Notes under the pieces: generated by a model | Database searches by the model: none | Seen by the model: only the letters and a program-made list of their open reading frames with translations | Told to the model about the DNA's origin: nothing | In this document: piece after piece, positions 58,801 through 64,000 of the stretch | Layout: each line of letters begins with the position of its first letter | Position numbering within the stretch: the stretch's first letter is position 1 | DNA from: Amoebophrya sp. A120 | Taxonomy: Eukaryota; Protista; Dinoflagellata | Direction of reading: 5' to 3' | Assembly: GCA_905178155.1 (NCBI GenBank) | Contig: CAJINV010000004.1 | Location: forward strand, 1 to 64,000 | Length of the DNA: 64,000 bases | Position numbers and translations under genes: made by a program

Positions 58801-61800
58801 GTTCGGTTCCAGGTTTGGCTCTAGTTGCTGCAAGTACTATAGTTCTCTTGGCTACTTCTAAATTGTTTATAAGGAGGAGGTGCATCATGAAGTGTTGCTG
58901 TTTTTATTCAATACTGCTTTCTGGGTACTACTACTAGCAGCTTTCGCAGTTATCTGTTTCTGCATGACAGTGACACTGACAGCCACAACTGGTACTGGTA
59001 CTGGAGTTCTTGCTGTTTTGCATGAGAAATGAGAACATCAACATGATGGAAGTAGTAGATTTCTGCAGGCTGATACGTGGCGCAGTGGATGTACGATTGG
59101 AACTTCAAGTTTCACGACCCCGCGGCCAGACAGCACGAGCAGCATCCGGTGCAGTATGGCGTTCTCGAGCGTTACATTCTCAACTGTTACATGAATCAGT
59201 CATGCAAAAGTGCCTTCATCCGGCAGATGATCGAGCGGCTTCGCATGACAAATTTCGGAAGGGCCAAACAGTACCTAAATTTGCGCCAAACTTGTAATGC
59301 AAGAGGCGCAATCTTCCTCCTGTCACTTTTGCCAGTCTTGCATTGCAAATTCATGTAACACCAGTTGAGAATGAATGTAACGCTTGAGCACTCCATATGC
59401 AGAGCTGCGTGGTGTTCTCGGAAGCCATGGACCGCGGCGGAAAGGACCGCGTCAAGCGCCGGGGCCCCGACCCCCATGACGACTGGGAAAAGCGGGTGGG
59501 GAGCATCGACGACCCGCCCAACATGGTACCGCCGATCTACACGACCGCAGAGCCCTTACCGCCGATGCCGACCACGGCCCATCCGACCACCCGGGAGCCG
59601 CCAGCCACAACGTCAACGAAATTCCCCCCGCCAACAACGGGGGCCCCGCCCGGCCCAATAACACCGCCCGGCCCCGGTACATCAACAACCACGATCGTGG
59701 TACCGCCCGAGCCCTTACCTCCAGGGTAAGGCCTTCTCAAGCGTTACATTCTCTTCAACTGTTACATCAGCTTGCAATGCAAGCATAGCAATAAAACTGA
59801 AAGGAGGAGGATTGATGCGCCTTTTGCATATACAAATTCCGCCCAGATTTAGGTGCTGTCTAGCCCTTCGCAGATTTGTCATGCGAAGCAGCTTGACCAT
59901 CTGGCGGCTCAAGGTGTTTTTGCATGACAAACCATGTAGCAGTTTGTTGAGGATGTAACGTTTGAGAACCCCATACCCGGCCACCGGTTCCGACCACTCC
60001 CACCCCCACGACCACCTCTCCCGGCACCGACCTCACGCCCGACGCGATTCACATCCTTGCCAGCAGCGAAGATAAGTTGGAAGGTCCGGATGCGGATGTC
60101 GTGGTCAAAGACGACCTGCCCGACGTGGATGAGGCGGCCACGGAGCACGAGTGGTTGTTTCGGACCTTCGAGGAGAAGTGTCCCTGGCTGCAGATCGATC
60201 TCGGGCAGACCCGGCGCGTCCAGAGTGTGCGGCTGCTGGTCTCCTCGAGCCGGGCCCACATGCGGCGGCTTTTTTTCGTGACGACGGTGGCCTCCAGCGA
60301 GCCGTATGGGGCGGCGAACACCCCCGAGATGACCTCAAACGCGGACGACGAACTCCGGGGCACGCGGACGTGGGACACCACGGATTTGCTGGATTTCGGG
60401 GTGCAGGTGCTGGTCACCAAGAACAGCAGGCACCACCACGCGCGGTGCGACGCGACCGGCGGCATATGAACTGCAAAAGTATCGTACTAGTATAAATCGC
60501 ATGACAAATTTCCCCAGCATGAGTGATAAAATTTGTAATGCGGATTTAACTTGACAAAGAAATTTGTAATGCGTGACTGCCATTACCACGAGTACGATAC
60601 TTTTGCACTGGATACGGCAGCCCCCAACCCAACTCCGGCGGGCGGCCGTGCGTGTTCCCGGGCCAGACCTGCCCCCCGGTGCGGCCCGGCGAGGTGTGCG
60701 AGACGGTCCTGTTCGCCGACCAGTGGGACAAAGATGCGAACAAGAGGCTGATCTTTCGCCCCGGACAGGAGATCCCGACGACGTTTTGGATTGACTGCAA
60801 AAACACGGTCCCCGGGCGGTACGTCGTCGTGCAGCTCCCGGGCGTGCGCAGCGTGGCGTCCGAAACGCGGCGGGTGCTGTTCCTGGCGCGCGTTCGGATT
60901 TTCGGCCGGCACCTGGAGGACGGGGAGTATTGAGAGGAAAAATCCCCCCTCCCCATATTGAAAAGGTTATGTCTCCGTCGAAAATTTGTGTTGCTAGTTT
61001 GAGGCCACGAATCACATTTTTCTTGCAAGACGACGACAAGGGCGGAAGCTTCCGTCCCATTATGATAAAGCGACTTGTCATGCTGTTGGGCTTAAACAAG
61101 GTCAGCCGTTGCCGTTTGCAATGCTCAACAACTAGACCCATACGCCCCTACCTAGCCTGGGGATCTGGCCGCAGTTGTGCCTTCCTGCAATACAAAGCTG
61201 ATTTGTCAGCGTCAGAATGATATGGGGAGGGGGGATAATTTTTCCTTTCGATAGGGAGGACGCGGACTTCACGTCGATGACCACGACCCAGTTGGAAATG
61301 TCACCGGATGGCTCCGTGCGGAACGGCGAGCAAAACTTTTTGAAGGACGGGCGGCCGCTGGACACGCTGTTCCGCACGGACTACCTGCAGTGCCCCACAC
61401 TGACGTTTCAGTTCGCGCAGGAAGTGCAGGTGAGCAGCGTGTATCTCTCCGCCGAGAAGGACCATGCGCACCTCCGGAACCTGTTTCTCCCGAACCCGCA
61501 GCGGGGTTTTCTGGATGCCAACGGGAACGTATCAAAGTGCACAACTCCCCCTCGTCCCCCTCATTTGTCATGCAAAATGCCTAATTTACGCCTTGGCTCT
61601 TGGCAATGATGTTTGCATGGCAAGTTCTAGCGCCCCAAATAGCACTACAATCCTGCCCAAATTTGTCATGCAAAACCGGCAAAAATCTTGCTGACGCTTG
61701 TATTGCTGTTCATGCAATACAAATGAGGGGGCGGCGGGGGAGTTGTGCACTTTCCTAGAACGAGGCTGCGGAAATCAAGGACCGGTTGCTGGAGCAGTGG

Positions 61801-64000
61801 GCGCACGCTCCCTACGGGGCGCAAGTGAGCCCGGAGAAAAGGCTATCCTGAGTAAAAACGTACCCACACCAGAGTTGTAATGCAGATTTGCAAAGACAGG
61901 AAGACTTGTAATGCGCATCCCCATGAGAGCCATTTCCAATCGTGTTTTGGAATTTGTGATGCTGTGAACAGGATGAGCAGACGAATCTGTGACGCGGCTG
62001 CACTTGCTAACCTGCACTACACTGCAGAGTGCAACCTGTCATGCGTGACTCACAAAACTCGTAGCTTTGTGTTGCAAAATCCCCAGCCTGGCTCTGGTGT
62101 GGGTACGTTTTTACTCAGGATAAAGGCTGGGCGTTGCCGGCAACGCGAACCAGGACCGCGGCGTCCGCGTGTTGGTGTCCCGCGAGGCGCCCACTCCGGC
62201 TAGCACCTGCAAGCAGGACGACCCCGACCTGGACAGCGGCACCGTTGAGGTGTGCGAAAACCTCAGGTACGGCCTCCAGGGAGAGGGCCCCTACCGATTT
62301 GCGAAACTAGCCGAGGTGCCGGTCGCGCAGACCTTGCCGCCGGGGTTTGCCGACGGGGGCGCGGCGGGCGCGGTAGATACCACCGGGCACTACCAAAAGT
62401 ACGAGGTGGTGGGAACCGGGTGGTGCAGCTGCGGAGGCGACCCGTGCGAGGATACCTATGAAACGAGTGCACTACGACTCCCGCTCCCCCTCAATTGTAT
62501 GCCACAAACAGCAACACAAGCGTCGGCACGAGTTCCGGTTTTGCGCGACAAGTTCACCCACATTTGTAGTTTTGTTTTTTATTGAGCTGCCGGAACTTGC
62601 CCTGCAATTGCAAAAAGTGTCAAGGAAGAGGCAAGCGTCAAGTCGGAGGTCGAGTTGTGCACTCTTATAATGCCCCGGCGTCCCCGACAAACGGCGACTA
62701 CATCGCGGGCAACGCGGATCGCGCGCAAGACTACTGCCAAAGATTCTGCGACGAGGACCGGGGATGTCAGGCCTACATGCAACAGCGTGACATGCAACAG
62801 CGTGACATGCTTCCAGGAAACTGCCGCTTGTTCGGGTACGAGGACTACGAGGTAGACGGCGTCTATCCAGGAAAAAGCACCCATCCCCATCCAATTTGTC
62901 ACGCAAAACATGCATAAGGTCGACTGTTTGTCATGCAAAAAATGGATGGGGATCATGGGTGTTTTTCCCTGGATAGCGTCGTCAGCATCATCACGCGGGG
63001 AGGCCTTGGCTACGGGGTCGGAAAAATTCCTGCCGGGTGGCGGTCCGGGGTCCCGTGCATGAAAAAGACGGGACACGCAGCGACCTCGGGGAAGCCGATC
63101 TACACAAATCAGGGCGACGCCTGGTGCAAGTGCAACTTGAAAAACCACAACCTGAACAAGAACGGGGCCGCAGGAGGCGTCCGCGTCAGTGCGACAAACC
63201 TCCCCTGCCCGGTACAAGGGTCCGAGGAGCAGTATGCATTGCAAATATAGTATCGCTCTCGTATAAATGCGAGTGCAGCTGCATCATGAGCATTACAGAT
63301 CTGCTCTCTTACCTATACCTGTGAATCTACATGACAACTTCCATCTTTCTTAAAGGAAAGATTTGTCATGCAATTCATTCCACTGCGATATCATATATTT
63401 GCAATTCATAAGCAAGACGGGAAATTGATTTTCTCCAGCTATGACAAAGGTCCCGACTGGTGCAAGACCCTGTGTGACAAGGACAAGGACTGTCGTGCCT
63501 ACCAGCAGTCTATGGTGAACGCCGAAACGGCCGCTAACTGCAGGCTCTTCAACGCAGACGATGTCGATGGCGGCATCAACGCTGCCGACGATCTATCAAA
63601 TGTAAAAATGTCTGGGTCTGGAAGATTCTGACACTTGTCATGCACCTTCTGCATGAGCCGTGATGTCTGTGATGCATGCCCTAGCATCACAGATTTTTTG
63701 AGAGCTTCTTGATGCCTATTCCGCATGACAAATGCCCTTTCCGCGTAGCAAAAATTGCATTCTCTTTGGTACTCATGCAATACAGATTTGTTTGGAATCC
63801 AAATGCAGCATCACAAATTGCATTCTTCCAGACCCAGACATTTTTACATTTGATACGATCCGGAGTTGTACAACGATCTGAGCGAGGTGCAGAAGATATC
63901 GAAGGGAAAAATCCCCCCTCCCCATATCAAAACGAAATTTCTGATGCTGGATCTGTGTGCACAAATCAGCTTTGTATTGCAGGAGGGCACTGCGGCCAGA
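52828..64000 (+). CDS. Large Cys-rich adhesin-like protein: Pro/Thr linker, F5/8-type (discoidin/galactose-binding-like) and PAN/apple-like modules; runs off the window; start uncertain
   Basis: In-frame joins checked at 54521, 55172, 56139, 56355, 57289 and 59155. Motifs: PWLQIDLGQTRRVQSVRL, GRYVVVQL, CQRFCDEDRGCQAY..CRL, CKTLCDKDKDCRAY..CRL. Confidence 0.65.
53040..54109. mobile_element. ~1.07-kb GC-rich insertion flanked by an ~85-bp duplication
   Basis: 52953-53039 matches 54110-54193; the last 63 bp are exact. Confidence 0.75.
54521..54748. mobile_element. Introner family C, degenerate
   Basis: DR AAGCG; frame restored. Confidence 0.75.
55172..55426. mobile_element. Introner family A
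   Basis: DR CGTCT. Confidence 0.92.
56139..56292. mobile_element. Introner family J (TIR TA..AAATTTCCYGTACA)
   Basis: DR CCAGC; frame restored. Confidence 0.82.
56355..56577. mobile_element. Introner family G
   Basis: DR AGACC/AGTCC. Confidence 0.85.
57289..59075. mobile_element. Large (1787 bp) TA..TA non-canonical intron, type K
   Basis: TIR TATCAGCCTG..CAGGCTGATA, DR CGTGG; removal gives in-frame YCCQHV-AQWMYDW. Confidence 0.8.
59155..59397. mobile_element. Introner family F
   Basis: DR TGCAG. Confidence 0.9.
59727..59975. mobile_element. Introner family F (reverse orientation)
   Basis: TIRs clear; DR degenerate (CAGGG/CCCGG). Confidence 0.78.
60465..60614. mobile_element. Introner family C
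   Basis: DR CGGCA. Confidence 0.9.
60928..61253. mobile_element. Introner family H
   Basis: DR GGGAG. Confidence 0.9.
61530..61757. mobile_element. Introner family G
   Basis: DR GAACG. Confidence 0.9.
61844..62122. mobile_element. Introner family E (reverse of 39460)
   Basis: DR AAGGC. Confidence 0.92.
62457..62669. mobile_element. Introner family G, degenerate
   Basis: DR ATACC/ATGCC. Confidence 0.75.
62864..62975. mobile_element. Introner family I
   Basis: DR GCGTC. Confidence 0.9.
63233..63410. mobile_element. Introner family C
   Basis: DR AGCAG/AGCAA. Confidence 0.78.
63594..63855. mobile_element. Introner family A (reverse of 11290)
   Basis: DR CGATC. Confidence 0.92.
63897..64000. 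mobile_element. Introner family H, truncated by the window end
   Basis: Left TIR TATCGAAGGGAAAAATCCCCCCTCCCCATAT. Confidence 0.8.

Noticed and set aside
9492-63964. Many short ORFs with recurring peptides (PDPDIF, KMSGSGR, FQTQTFLHL, TNEGEGEL, SKNVPTP)
   Set aside because: These are translations of introner TIRs, not protein repeats.
1-64000. tRNA, rRNA or spliced-leader genes
   Set aside because: No recognisable sequence found by eye; a covariance-model scan was not possible.

Overview
Eukaryotic genomic DNA. The intron architecture strongly resembles the syndinian dinoflagellate parasite Amoebophrya; this organism call is an inference. (1) 1-8.9 kb has no introners. It holds a 5'-truncated ORF fusing a Macro domain to a Gypsy/Ginger-type DDE integrase with no RT visible, plus several small orphan ORFs. 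(2) Three large + strand genes are broken into short exons by about 75 TIR-bearing non-canonical introns (introner-like elements) of at least 10 sequence families. Nearly all begin TA, end TA and are flanked by a 5-bp direct repeat (DR). Deleting the element plus one DR copy restored the reading frame at the junctions I checked. This rebuilds a GBP/atlastin-type GTPase (~9285-19910), a multi-TM protein with a 7TM ion-channel/GR-like C-terminus (~21010-42341) and a Cys-rich F5/8- and PAN-type adhesin (~52828 to beyond 64000). The families share an internal TTGT(C/A/G)ATGC motif and occur in both orientations. (3) A second, unexplained class of insertion consists of 0.6-1.9 kb unrelated segments flanked by long (54-87 bp) duplications of the local sequence. 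It includes an array of four ~65-bp repeats separated by three unique ~1 kb spacers (48.5-52.0 kb). All coordinates were read by eye and family labels A-K are my own.
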